Shown here: piece after piece, positions 47,769 to 56,640 of the stretch | Numbering within the stretch: position 1 is the stretch's first letter | How the letters are laid out: each line of letters starts with the position of its first letter | NCBI GenBank assembly: GCA_027365475.1 | Contig: DAHXNI010000024.1 | Span: 93,362 to 157,361, forward strand | DNA from: Pseudomonadota bacterium | GTDB taxonomy: Bacteria > Pseudomonadota > Gammaproteobacteria > JAKAQQ01 | Length of the DNA stretch: 64,000 nt | Direction: 5' to 3' | Notes under the pieces: model-generated | Told to the model about the DNA's origin: nothing | Seen by the model: the letters and a program-made list of their open reading frames with translations, nothing else | Database searches by the model: none | Made by a program: the position numbers and the translations under genes

Positions 47769-48758
47769 ATGCTATACAGATCTCTGGGTCGATCGGGCCT
47801 CAAACTGAGCGTGCTCTCTCTCGGATCCTGGGTCACTTTTGCCACTCAGGTCGATGAGGCATCCGCTAGGGACCTCATGGCCTGCGCCTTCGAACGGGGT
47901 GTCACTTTTTTTGACAACGCCGAATCCTACGCTTTCGGCGAATCAGAACGCCTCATGGGCCGCGCGATCCAAAAGCTTGGCTGGCCCCGTGACCGGTTCT
48001 GTGTCTCGAGCAAAGCCTTTTTTGGTTCCGTACCCCAACCCATACCGACCCAGCACGGATTGAGCCGCAAGCACCTGGTCGAAGCCTGTCACCAAGCTCT
48101 GTCCCGTCTTCAGGTGGATTATCTTGATCTCTTCTTTTGTCACCGAGCCGACCCGGACACACCGGTCGAGGAAATCGTGACGACCATGCAGCATCTCATT
48201 TATCAGGGGAAAATCCTCTACTGGGGAACGTCGGAATGGCCAGCTGCGTTGATTGAAACAGCATGTCGGGTGGCAGAGTCTCAACACACTGAACCTCCCG
48301 TGATGGAGCAGCCCCAGTACAACCTGTTTGTACGGAAACGGGTCGAAGAAGAATACCGCTCCCTATGCCAAGATTCCGGCATCGGACTCACCACCTGGTC
48401 TCCCCTGGCTTCAGGAGTACTGACCGGCAAGTACGCACCCGGGGAGAGCATTTCGTCTGATGGCGGTCGGTTGCGCCTGCCCGGCTACGAGTGGCTGGCT
48501 GCCCGGCTCAATACCGTGACGGGAACCCGTCAACTCGAGGCATCCCGGAAACTGATCGCGCTCGCCCGTGATCACGGCACAACAGCCAGTCAGCTTGCCA
48601 TTGCGTGGTGTCTCAGCAACCCCCATGTTTCTTCCGTCATTCTTGGTGCCTCCCGTAAAAGCCAGCTTCTTGAAAATTTATCTGCCGTGGACTGGGTGCA
48701 CCGGATGAGCCCAGAACTTACAAAGGAGATCGAAGCGCTCTATCCAGACCCGGAATAG
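47769..48758 (+). CDS. aldo-keto reductase, Kv-beta-like (AKR6-type)
   Basis: Aligns along its full length with mammalian Kv-beta2 from memory (YRSLGRSGLKLSVLSLGSWVTF, LSRKHLVEACHQALSRLQVDYLDL, YWGTSEWPAA, TWSPLASGVLTGKY, QLAIAWCL...SSVILGASR). Starts 14 nt after the kup stop. Confidence 0.85.
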   Translation: MLYRSLGRSGLKLSVLSLGSWVTFATQVDEASARDLMACAFERGVTFFDNAESYAFGESERLMGRAIQKLGWPRDRFCVSSKAFFGSVPQPIPTQHGLSRKHLVEACHQALSRLQVDYLDLFFCHRADPDTPVEEIVTTMQHLIYQGKILYWGTSEWPAALIETACRVAESQHTEPPVMEQPQYNLFVRKRVEEEYRSLCQDSGIGLTTWSPLASGVLTGKYAPGESISSDGGRLRLPGYEWLAARLNTVTGTRQLEASRKLIALARDHGTTASQLAIAWCLSNPHVSSVILGASRKSQLLENLSAVDWVHRMSPELTKEIEALYPDPE

Positions 48759-48832
48759 CGGGTCGGAATGGGCAGCCCCGACTCATCGCACCCCTAGTAC
48801 GGAAGCACCTCTCCAGAGCGGGTTTTCCCTGC

Positions 48833-50488
48833 TTAGGGGCTTGGCTGGGCTTCCGGAGTACTTTCCAGCCCTCGCGAACCCAAGTTCTGAATCTTGCGGG
48901 CACAACGCTCAGCAGCCTCCGCAGGCTGCCCACAATAGAGCGCAAGCACGAGAATCACGACACTGAATGCAGCGAGCAGCCACATACCCGTAAAAAACCC
49001 ATAGTCGCCGAGGCCACCCATCAATCCCCCAGGACCGAGGAGACTGATCATCCAAAGCCCCCCAAAATAAGGAACCAACCACCATGCCTGCTCCCAACCC
49101 AGTTTGGATAGTGGGCCACGGTGTATCAGGAAGTACCATGCCAGATAAACCACCACATAGAGCACGACCAGGCTTAACAGCCACTTGACCACGTCGTAGC
49201 CGGTCCAATAGATGATCCAATTCGCCGCGATGAATGCGACGAGCGAGATGATTTTTGTCAAACGCAGACGAAAGGGGCGCTTGGCATCAGGCAAAACCCT
49301 GCGCAAATGCAGCAGGATGATCGGACCGATACTGTAAGACAGTACTGTGATCAGCGAAACTGCTGACACAAGCTTCTGCCATGACGGAAACGGAAAGAAG
49401 AAAAAGACCCCCACGATGTAGGTCACAATTAGCCCCACCCAGGGTACTCCCTGCCGGTTGAGCTGAATGACCTTCTTCGGGGCATTCCCCATCTCTCCCG
49501 CAGCCATGATGATACGCGGGCTCGCCGTCACATAAATGAATGCGGTGCCTAGCGGGGAGACGATCGCGTCGACATAAAGAATCACCGCCCACCAAAACGC
49601 GCCGACCGCAACCGCGATTGCTGCGAGCGGGCTGAACATGCCGGTGAAATGCAGATTCATCCACCCGTGAGCAATATCCGCCGGTTTCAGGGCCAAAATG
49701 AACGCAACCTGCAACCCGATGTATATGAGCATCGCGATCAGCACGGAACCAATCAGGGCAATCGGAATGTACCGGCTAGGGTTGCGCGTCTCACCAGCCA
49801 GTGCAATCGCCTGCTGAAAACCCAGAAAACTAAAAATGATGCCAGCCGTGGCGACAGCGGTAAAAATCCCGCTGACCGGCGTACTTGAGAGGTGCGCGGA
49901 CAGGTTTCCAGGGTGAAATGAGTAGACCAGCAGAATGACGATCGTTGCGATCGGGATGATCACCTTCCACCAGGTCGCCGCACTGTTGATCGCAATGACC
50001 CATCGGACTGCCAAGAAGTTGAGTGCCACAACAAATGCCAGAAGGAACGCAGCATACACAAACCCATTCGCCGTGAGGAGGCCGGTGTTAGCATGAATCA
50101 TTCCCGGAAGATAGTTGTTGGCATAGGTCAAAACCGCGCTCACTTCAACTGGTGGAACTGATACAAAGGCCAAAAACAAAATCCAGCTCCAGATCTTGCC
50201 CACGAGATCACCATGACTCACATGGGTCATATGAACTAGGGCGCCCGAGTTTGGAAACATGGTCGATAGTTCAGCAAAGACAAACGCCAGAAAAAGAACC
50301 ACCGTTGCTCCGACAATCCAGGACAGGATACTGAATGGTCCGGCCTGGAGCGAAGCATGGAGCGCTCCAAATAGCCAACCGGATCCGATGATGGCTCCCA
50401 GGCTGGCATACAACAATCCGATGACACCTGCATCACGTTTGAGTCTGGTTGGACCAGCCATTTTTATAACCTCCGGGTCTACTATCAA
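48833..50488 (-). CDS. APC-superfamily amino acid permease with a C-terminal extension of about 110 aa
   Basis: About 12 TM with Gly-rich N-terminal helices (LLYASLGAIIGSGWLFGA) typical of the AA-permease_2 fold, plus two more predicted C-terminal helices. An alternative start at 50461 is possible. Confidence 0.78.
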   Translation of the reverse strand: MIVDPEVIKMAGPTRLKRDAGVIGLLYASLGAIIGSGWLFGALHASLQAGPFSILSWIVGATVVLFLAFVFAELSTMFPNSGALVHMTHVSHGDLVGKIWSWILFLAFVSVPPVEVSAVLTYANNYLPGMIHANTGLLTANGFVYAAFLLAFVVALNFLAVRWVIAINSAATWWKVIIPIATIVILLVYSFHPGNLSAHLSSTPVSGIFTAVATAGIIFSFLGFQQAIALAGETRNPSRYIPIALIGSVLIAMLIYIGLQVAFILALKPADIAHGWMNLHFTGMFSPLAAIAVAVGAFWWAVILYVDAIVSPLGTAFIYVTASPRIIMAAGEMGNAPKKVIQLNRQGVPWVGLIVTYIVGVFFFFPFPSWQKLVSAVSLITVLSYSIGPIILLHLRRVLPDAKRPFRLRLTKIISLVAFIAANWIIYWTGYDVVKWLLSLVVLYVVVYLAWYFLIHRGPLSKLGWEQAWWLVPYFGGLWMISLLGPGGLMGGLGDYGFFTGMWLLAAFSVVILVLALYCGQPAEAAERCARKIQNLGSRGLESTPEAQPSP

Positions 50489-50654
50489 AAAAAGGATTGA
50501 ACCTATCTGCCAGTCGTCACGTATACAAAGCCGGTCTCAGTTTCATTTCCGTCTGGTGCTTGCACCGATCCCTTTCCGTGTTCCAATATTCAATCTGAAT
50601 CAGGAGATGACTGCTGGGCTCGTGGCCCCATCCGCCCCCAACTGATCAACCCAC

Positions 50655-51194
50655 TCAGCGCACCCGGGTGACAAAAACCTGCTCCCCATACCCTCGCACT
50701 CTGAAAACATAACCTAGGGGTAGCTTTTTGATTTCGACGCGTGGATTCAAAACAGCAGGTATTCTGAAATAACCAGGGCCAGCTTGAGCCCAAGTTTCAC
50801 CGTTTGTCAGATGAAATCGGGTGGAGCCGGTCCAGCCCCCGAACATTCCCTTGATGTGGCTTTCCATTTTGTCACCCGAGATGGCCGGGCGAGAATGCCG
50901 TGGCAACCCGAACCGCGAAACTGCAGATGGCCGCGTGCGCTGACGGACGCGCGAACCTCGCATTTCACGAGTCATTTGGAGCGTGCTCGACATTTTCTTG
51001 AGGTGATGAGCCAACCAAACCTCAAGAGCCCACCGCTGTGCTTCCGTTAACCGGTCGAGCCCTGCCTGATCATAGGCATCTACGGTCATAAGCTTCTTGA
51101 GGGGAATCCGCGCAGACGGTGTGGGTGTGGGTGTCCGAGCCCATACGTCATGAACGGTTCCCAAGGCGAACACAGATAGAAAAGCGACGCCCAT
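50655..51194 (-). CDS. secreted hypothetical protein (last gene of the cytochrome c4 operon)
   Basis: Signal peptide MGVAFLSVFALGTVHDVWA from an internal Met. The mature protein of about 160 aa has a Pro/Thr linker (TPTPTPS). No recognised family. The longer track ORF overlaps the upstream gene by 8 nt. Confidence 0.4.
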   Translation of the reverse strand: MGVAFLSVFALGTVHDVWARTPTPTPSARIPLKKLMTVDAYDQAGLDRLTEAQRWALEVWLAHHLKKMSSTLQMTREMRGSRVRQRTRPSAVSRFGLPRHSRPAISGDKMESHIKGMFGGWTGSTRFHLTNGETWAQAGPGYFRIPAVLNPRVEIKKLPLGYVFRVRGYGEQVFVTRVR

Positions 51195-51264
51195 CCAGAA
51201 CCGTCGCGAAACCCGGCTGGTGCTATGCCGGTCTACCCGGCATCCCCTTGCTCGCGAGTGGATC

Positions 51265-51699
51265 TCAGCCATGCGGCAAAAAACGTTGGGTCAGAAGGAG
51301 CTGATGATGGGTTTGCATAGCGAAGTGGTGGGCAACTGAGAATGTCACAGCTTTTTCTCCGCTCAGTGCCGAATGCAAGGCAAGTACAAGTTCGAGACGC
51401 ACCCTGCCACTTGCCGGGGCATCCGGAATGGCTCCATGACCAAGCCCCCGGCAGGGATTCCCCGCTCTAGGATCGAATTGACGGCCCCGCACGCCGACCA
51501 AGCAGTTGATGACATGATGCAGATGCAGGTGGATCAGCGCAATACGATGCATATCGACTGCCAGCCCCGCATGGATCGTTGCCACACGAATCTCTGCCCT
51601 GAGATTGACAACATTACGCGCCGAAGCTGCGGGACCCAGCAGGATCAGGGTAGCAACCAACCCCAGCAAGGCAGATCTGATCGAATACGCGGATTTCAT
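51265..51699 (-). CDS. small secreted His-rich protein
   Basis: Signal peptide MKSAYSIRSALLGLVATLILLGPAASA. The mature protein of about 117 aa carries IHLHLHHV plus a later HH pair and two Cys. No family recognised. This is a possible metal-binding periplasmic protein. Confidence 0.4.
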   Translation of the reverse strand: MKSAYSIRSALLGLVATLILLGPAASARNVVNLRAEIRVATIHAGLAVDMHRIALIHLHLHHVINCLVGVRGRQFDPRAGNPCRGLGHGAIPDAPASGRVRLELVLALHSALSGEKAVTFSVAHHFAMQTHHQLLLTQRFLPHG

Positions 51700-51799
51700 A
51701 TGGACTCCCCGAGCTTGTCGATTGCTCGCGACGACTCATTCGTTTCAGCATACCATAGGCACCACGGCACAGGGCTTGCTTTGAGGAACTGCGACTGGG

Positions 51800-52306
51800 T
51801 CAGCGGGTCGGTACCGGAACGGTGTCGACAGCAAGCAGTATGCCGCGAATGGGCTGGCGCGGGCGGGCTGCGATAAAACGCTCAAGCGCTTTGCGTTCAC
51901 GCTGACAGGCCGGGTTCCATGAGGCCCATAACTCTATAAATATCAAACTATTAGTCAATTCATGCTTGAGCAGGTGAGCCACCTCGCGCGGGCTCAGCCA
52001 CCCGGATAGCCGTGACCCGTGAATAGGGATTGGATGGGAAAGCGCACGCGTCAGACTTGGAATCAGATCACGATGATCCCCTGCAAAACGGAAAACCAGA
52101 CGTCCCTTAGAGTCAAACACCCAGAGATCCGGCATCACGATCCCACCTCTTGCACGTAGCATCCGACGGAGTCGATGTGGCGACAGACGAATCACCTTCC
52201 ACGGGGCGACCGGTGCTGCAGCGACCCATCCGACTGTTCCGAAAGCCAGAACTGCGAATAGGACAGCGCGCGGGAAAACCGAACTGGCTTTAAGTGTACT
52301 TAACAT
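51800..52306 (-). CDS. periplasmic thioredoxin-fold protein with degenerate active site (NPAC instead of CxxC)
   Basis: Signal peptide MLSTLKASSVFPRAVLFAVLAFGTVGWVAA. The C-terminal LIFIELWASWNPACQRERKALERFIAARPRQPIRGILLAVDT is a textbook thioredoxin beta1-alpha1-beta2 unit with only one Cys. An earlier VFDSKGRLVFRFAG resembles the thioredoxin C-terminal beta-strands. Confidence 0.5.
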   Translation of the reverse strand: MLSTLKASSVFPRAVLFAVLAFGTVGWVAAAPVAPWKVIRLSPHRLRRMLRARGGIVMPDLWVFDSKGRLVFRFAGDHRDLIPSLTRALSHPIPIHGSRLSGWLSPREVAHLLKHELTNSLIFIELWASWNPACQRERKALERFIAARPRQPIRGILLAVDTVPVPTR

Positions 52307-52364
52307 GTCCGAAGGTGCCTCAGCTGCGGGCCCATAAACTTGTCGCTTCCCATCTATCGGACGT

Positions 52365-53027
52365 CTAGCGTTTCGGAATTTGTCCGAGCGGTCCCTTCTG
52401 ACTGGCGAAATAGTTAGCAATATCGACCATGTCGCGATGCGTCAGGTTCGCTGCCATGGAATTCATGATGGCATTTTTGCGAAGCCCTGTCTGATACTCC
52501 TTAAGTGCCCTCACCAGATAGGAAGGATACTGACCGGCCAGATCAGGGAACTCGGGTGCAACCGCAATCCCGTGCAGGCCGTGACAGGCAGCGCAGGTTG
52601 TGATCATCTTGGCACCGGCCTTGGCCTCGGACCTATTGAAGAGAGGCGTCCGGGGATGAACCTGGTTCCTGAGCGATGCAAAATAGGCAGCGATATCCCG
52701 CAAATCCCGAACCGTCATGCTCTGGGCCTGCGCACGCATGGTTGGGAAGTTGCGGAGATTCTTGCGGTAATCCATCAGCGCATTGAAAAGATATAGACGA
52801 TTCTGTCCGGCAACTTTGGGGACGTTATAAAACGGGTATGTGACTTCGATTCCGCGTAATCCATGACAGCCAATGCAGGTGAACGTCAGCATGCGTCCCC
52901 TGGCGATTTCCGAAAGTCGTCTTGTGGAAACTGCGGCGTGGACGCGTGAGGGAAACACAATGGCCAGTACCAACAGTAACCCGAGTTGAGCCAAGACTCC
53001 GAATCCAGACCAGACTTTTGGTTTCAT
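52365..53027 (-). CDS. dihaem cytochrome c4
   Basis: Signal peptide, then two CxxCH haem sites (CIGCHG and CAACHG) each followed by a Met-containing region. About 220 aa, which is typical of c4. Confidence 0.8.
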   Translation of the reverse strand: MKPKVWSGFGVLAQLGLLLVLAIVFPSRVHAAVSTRRLSEIARGRMLTFTCIGCHGLRGIEVTYPFYNVPKVAGQNRLYLFNALMDYRKNLRNFPTMRAQAQSMTVRDLRDIAAYFASLRNQVHPRTPLFNRSEAKAGAKMITTCAACHGLHGIAVAPEFPDLAGQYPSYLVRALKEYQTGLRKNAIMNSMAANLTHRDMVDIANYFASQKGPLGQIPKR

Positions 53028-53134
53028 GCCCCGAACCTTAATCAGTCAAGCCAAAACGAGTCGGAATGGTAGCAGATTTTCCGGCACACCGCGAGACAAA
53101 AATCCGTGTCTGGCAAGATCCGTCTGCACGGGGC

Positions 53135-54355
53135 TCAGGAAACCTTGCGCACGCTCCGTTCGAGGACCTCAAAAACACGCCGGATCCGCTCTACGGCATC
53201 CTGGAGCTGATCAGCCCGGATGGTGAGGGGTGGAGCCAGCCGGATCACGGTATCATGGGTCTCCTTGCTGAGAATCCCCACATCGAGCAGCCGTTCACAG
53301 ATCGTGCGTGCGGCTACCCGCTCGGAATGTATTTCAATACCGATGAAAAGGCCCCGCCCCCGCACATCACGGATCAGGGAGCTCCGAATGGAACGCAAGG
53401 ACTCGAGGAATTCGCGTCCGAGTTCTGCCGATCGCTCGGCCAGGCCCTCTTCAGTGATGATCTTGAGCGCCTCAAGGCCGACTGCGGCGGCCAGCGGATT
53501 GCCTCCGAATGTGCTGCCATGATCTCCGGGACCGAATACGCGCATCAGTTGGTCCCGGGCCAGAAACAGCGAGACCGGAAGCAAACCGCCACCCAGCGCC
53601 TTGCCGAGAATCAATCCGTCCGGCTTGACGCCCTCGTGGTCACAAGCCAGGAATCGTCCAGTGCGACCCAAACCTGTCTGCACTTCATCCGCGAGAAGCA
53701 GGACCCTGCACTCACGGCAGATTTCCGCACATCGGGCGAGGTAACCATCCGGTGGCAAGACGATGCCGCCTTCTCCCTGAATGGGCTCAACCAGAAACGC
53801 GGCGGTTCTTGTGGTGATGGCTTGCGCCAAAGCATCGGCATCACCATAGGGAATGATTTTTAAGCCTGCCGGGAATGGCCCGAACCCCTTCCGATACTGG
53901 GGCTCACTCGAAAGTCCCACGATGGCAATGCTCCGGCCATGAAAATTGCCTTGACACGCGATGATTTCTGCCTGCCCGTCAGCAACCCCTTTATTGAGGT
54001 ATGCCCATTTACGCGCCGCCTTGAGGGCAGTCTCCACGGCCTCCGTGCCGGTATTCATGGGAAGCGCCCGATCCATACCGGTGAGTTCACAAGCCAACGC
54101 CAGGAAGGGACCCAACTGATCCGTATGGAAGGCTCGCGAGACGACGGCCAGCTTCTGTGCCTGATGGGTCAATACGCTCACGAGACGAGGATTGCAGTGT
54201 CCATGACTCACGGCGGAATAGGCACTCATCATGTCGAGGTAGCGTCGACCCTCGTTATCCCAGACATAAACCCCCTCTCCACGAACCAAGACTACCGGAA
54301 GCGGATGATAGTTGTTCGCCCCGTAGCGATCTTCGAGACTCGGTTCGACCGTCAT
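53135..54355 (-). CDS. rocD: ornithine aminotransferase (class III PLP aminotransferase)
   Basis: Aligns along its full length with B. subtilis RocD from memory (YGANNYHPLPVV, LDMMSAYSAVSHGHCNPRLV, SRAFHTDQLGPF, GKALGGG, ETHDTVIRLAPPL). I trimmed the start to the internal Met. Confidence 0.85.
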   Translation of the reverse strand: MTVEPSLEDRYGANNYHPLPVVLVRGEGVYVWDNEGRRYLDMMSAYSAVSHGHCNPRLVSVLTHQAQKLAVVSRAFHTDQLGPFLALACELTGMDRALPMNTGTEAVETALKAARKWAYLNKGVADGQAEIIACQGNFHGRSIAIVGLSSEPQYRKGFGPFPAGLKIIPYGDADALAQAITTRTAAFLVEPIQGEGGIVLPPDGYLARCAEICRECRVLLLADEVQTGLGRTGRFLACDHEGVKPDGLILGKALGGGLLPVSLFLARDQLMRVFGPGDHGSTFGGNPLAAAVGLEALKIITEEGLAERSAELGREFLESLRSIRSSLIRDVRGRGLFIGIEIHSERVAARTICERLLDVGILSKETHDTVIRLAPPLTIRADQLQDAVERIRRVFEVLERSVRKVS

Positions 54356-54501
54356 GATCACTCCATTTAACGTGAATACAGGCACTGTGAACCGTGAATA
54401 TTCTACTCCAAGATCCACGCCCCGTCTCCTGAGATTGTCTGCCCGATAGGCCAGACTGGTCAGAGGGCTGCAAAAATCCTACAATTCACATCTTCTGGCA
54501 C

Positions 54502-55524
54502 GTGGAACCATCAAGCATGCCTCCATCTCCGTCCAAACCCGTCCGAATCGCCGTCACAGGCGCTGCCGGAAATATTGGGTACGCCCTCCTCTTTCGTTTG
54601 GCATCGGGTGCACTCCTCGGTCCGGATCAGCCCTTGATCCTCCATCTCTTGGAAATACCTCAGGCGCTTCCGGCGCTCTCGGGTGTCGCCATGGAACTCA
54701 CGGATTGTGCTTTTCCCCTGCTCCGAGATCTCAAGCTGAGCGATCAGGCAAGTCAAGCATTTGATGGAGTGGACTACGCCTTCCTCGTCGGTTCGAGACC
54801 ACGTACCCAAGGGATGGAAAGAAAAGATCTTCTCCGCGTCAACGCCGAGATTTTCAAAGCACAGGGACGGGCTCTCAATGAACGCGCTTCGCGTCAGGTC
54901 CGGATTCTCGTAGTTGGCAACCCAGCCAATACCAATGCGCTGATTGCGAGCCGGAACGCACCTGATCTGGCTGAACATCAGTTCAGCAGCATGATGCGCC
55001 TCGACCATAACCGGACCTTGAGCCTCCTGTCCGAAAGAAGTCGCATTCCGGTCGCCGACATTCATCGGGTCACCGTCTGGGGTAACCATTCCTCGACACA
55101 ATTCCCCGATATCGAACAGGCACTCATCGCGGATCGTCCCGCCCTGGAACAGATCGACTCAACTTGGTACCACGATACCCTGATCCCAACGGTCCAACAA
55201 AGAGGAGCAGCCATTATCAAAGCGCGTGGCGCCTCCTCGGCCGCCTCGGCCGCCTCGGCCGCATTGGATCATATGCGCGACTGGATCGTCGGGACGCCCA
55301 AGGGAACCTGGACCAGCATGGGGATTGCTGCAAATGGAGATTACGGAGTTGAACCCGGGATTTTTTTCGGCTACCCGGTCGAATGCCAAGGCGGGGGCCA
55401 CCAGATCGTACAGGGGCTCGCGCTTTCCGAGTTTGCGCGCGCCAAAATCGCTCTCACCGACCGTGAGTTGCGGGAGGAACGGGATGGAGTCCTTGACCTT
55501 CTCCCTTCTTCGTCACGAGGATGA
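54502..55524 (+). CDS. mdh: malate dehydrogenase (LDH-like MDH family)
   Basis: [23 protein letters not shown] is the NAD-binding motif; also [13 protein letters not shown] and [20 protein letters not shown]. An alternative start at 54517 is possible. Confidence 0.9.
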   Translation: MEPSSMPPSPSKPVRIAVTGAAGNIGYALLFRLASGALLGPDQPLILHLLEIPQALPALSGVAMELTDCAFPLLRDLKLSDQASQAFDGVDYAFLVGSRPRTQGMERKDLLRVNAEIFKAQGRALNERASRQVRILVVGNPANTNALIASRNAPDLAEHQFSSMMRLDHNRTLSLLSERSRIPVADIHRVTVWGNHSSTQFPDIEQALIADRPALEQIDSTWYHDTLIPTVQQRGAAIIKARGASSAASAASAALDHMRDWIVGTPKGTWTSMGIAANGDYGVEPGIFFGYPVECQGGGHQIVQGLALSEFARAKIALTDRELREERDGVLDLLPSSSRG

Positions 55525-56488
55525 TCTTGCCGAAATGCTCCGGATCGTCGATACGAACATGAGCACGACCCGCAGCTTCCAACAGGAAAATGGAATCGAC
55601 AACAGGGCGCAATATCCCGGCTTCGATTTGGGGGAAAACGCATCGCTCGATTGACCGTGCGATGCGTGCTTTGGCAATAGGCTTCTGCGCGCGCAATGTG
55701 GATCCCATGAAAGTAAGCCGCTTATGCAGAAATGGCGCTAAGTCGACCTGCAGGCTGCTGCCCTGCCGGAAGGCAATCTGCACCAACCGACCATCGGGCG
55801 CCAGGAGACCGAGGTTTTTCTCGAAATAGGGACCACCGATCGTATCAAGGATCACATCGAAGCCCCCGTGAGTTGCGCAGAGATGCTGGAGCACTACCCA
55901 AAAATCGCTCCGGGTATACTGAATCACCTCAGTAGCGCCAATTGAGCGCAGAGGCACGGCTTTGTTGGCACTGCCGGTTGTCGTCACCACGTGGCATCCC
56001 AAAGCTGCCGACAGCGCAACCGCCATGGTTCCGATGGCGCCACCTCCGCCATGGATCAAGATCCATTCCCGGGATTTGAGATGGGCCCGAATGCCCAAAT
56101 TGAACCAAACCGTAAACAGTGACTCGGGGAGTCCCGCAGCTTCGATCGCCGTCAGCGTCGCTGGAATGGGTAAGCATTGACCCTCGGGAACAGCCACGTA
56201 TTCCGCATACCCACCCCCGACCACGAGCGCCATCACGCGCTCGTCATAACCGAAGCGGCGTGTCCGGGAGCCGACATCAACGACGCGGCCCATGACCTCG
56301 AGCCCCAAAACATCTGTCGCTCCCGCAGGCGGCGGATAGCGTCCCTCACGCTGCAGGACATCGGGCCGGTTCACCCCCGCTGCCCAGATTTCAATCAAGA
56401 GCTCACGGGGACCGGGCTTGGGAACGGGTGCCACATCCGAGACCAATACCTCAGGCCCGCCTGCTGCACGCGCACGAATAACGGTCAT
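55454..56488 (-). CDS. qor: NADPH:quinone oxidoreductase (zinc-independent MDR family)
   Basis: [15 protein letters not shown]...[17 protein letters not shown] is a GroES-like N-terminus, with a Rossmann motif [13 protein letters not shown], and about 345 aa from the internal Met. The track ORF adds 41 residues. The 3' end overlaps the mdh 3' end by about 70 nt. Confidence 0.75.
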   Translation of the reverse strand: MTVIRARAAGGPEVLVSDVAPVPKPGPRELLIEIWAAGVNRPDVLQREGRYPPPAGATDVLGLEVMGRVVDVGSRTRRFGYDERVMALVVGGGYAEYVAVPEGQCLPIPATLTAIEAAGLPESLFTVWFNLGIRAHLKSREWILIHGGGGAIGTMAVALSAALGCHVVTTTGSANKAVPLRSIGATEVIQYTRSDFWVVLQHLCATHGGFDVILDTIGGPYFEKNLGLLAPDGRLVQIAFRQGSSLQVDLAPFLHKRLTFMGSTLRAQKPIAKARIARSIERCVFPQIEAGILRPVVDSIFLLEAAGRAHVRIDDPEHFGKIILVTKKGEGQGLHPVPPATHGR

Positions 56489-56640
56489 CCGATCCGGAAC
56501 ACCAATCGGACGGAGTGTAGCGGGAGATTGGGGTCTTGCATCCGTAATCATGGGCGATACCGTGCCTAAAACGCTTGGGTCTATACTAGATGCTCCCGAG
56601 AGCGGTTGCATCTCGCCAAGCGGGATGTGGGAGCTACGAC

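Noticed and set aside
55225-55265. Tandem 9-bp repeat (GCCTCGGCC x3) inside mdh encoding SAASAASAA. It looked like a possible slipped-strand contingency repeat.
   Set aside because: This Ala/Ser-rich stretch ([11 protein letters not shown]) is a naturally conserved feature of LDH-like malate dehydrogenases at this position. The DNA repeat is just its encoding.
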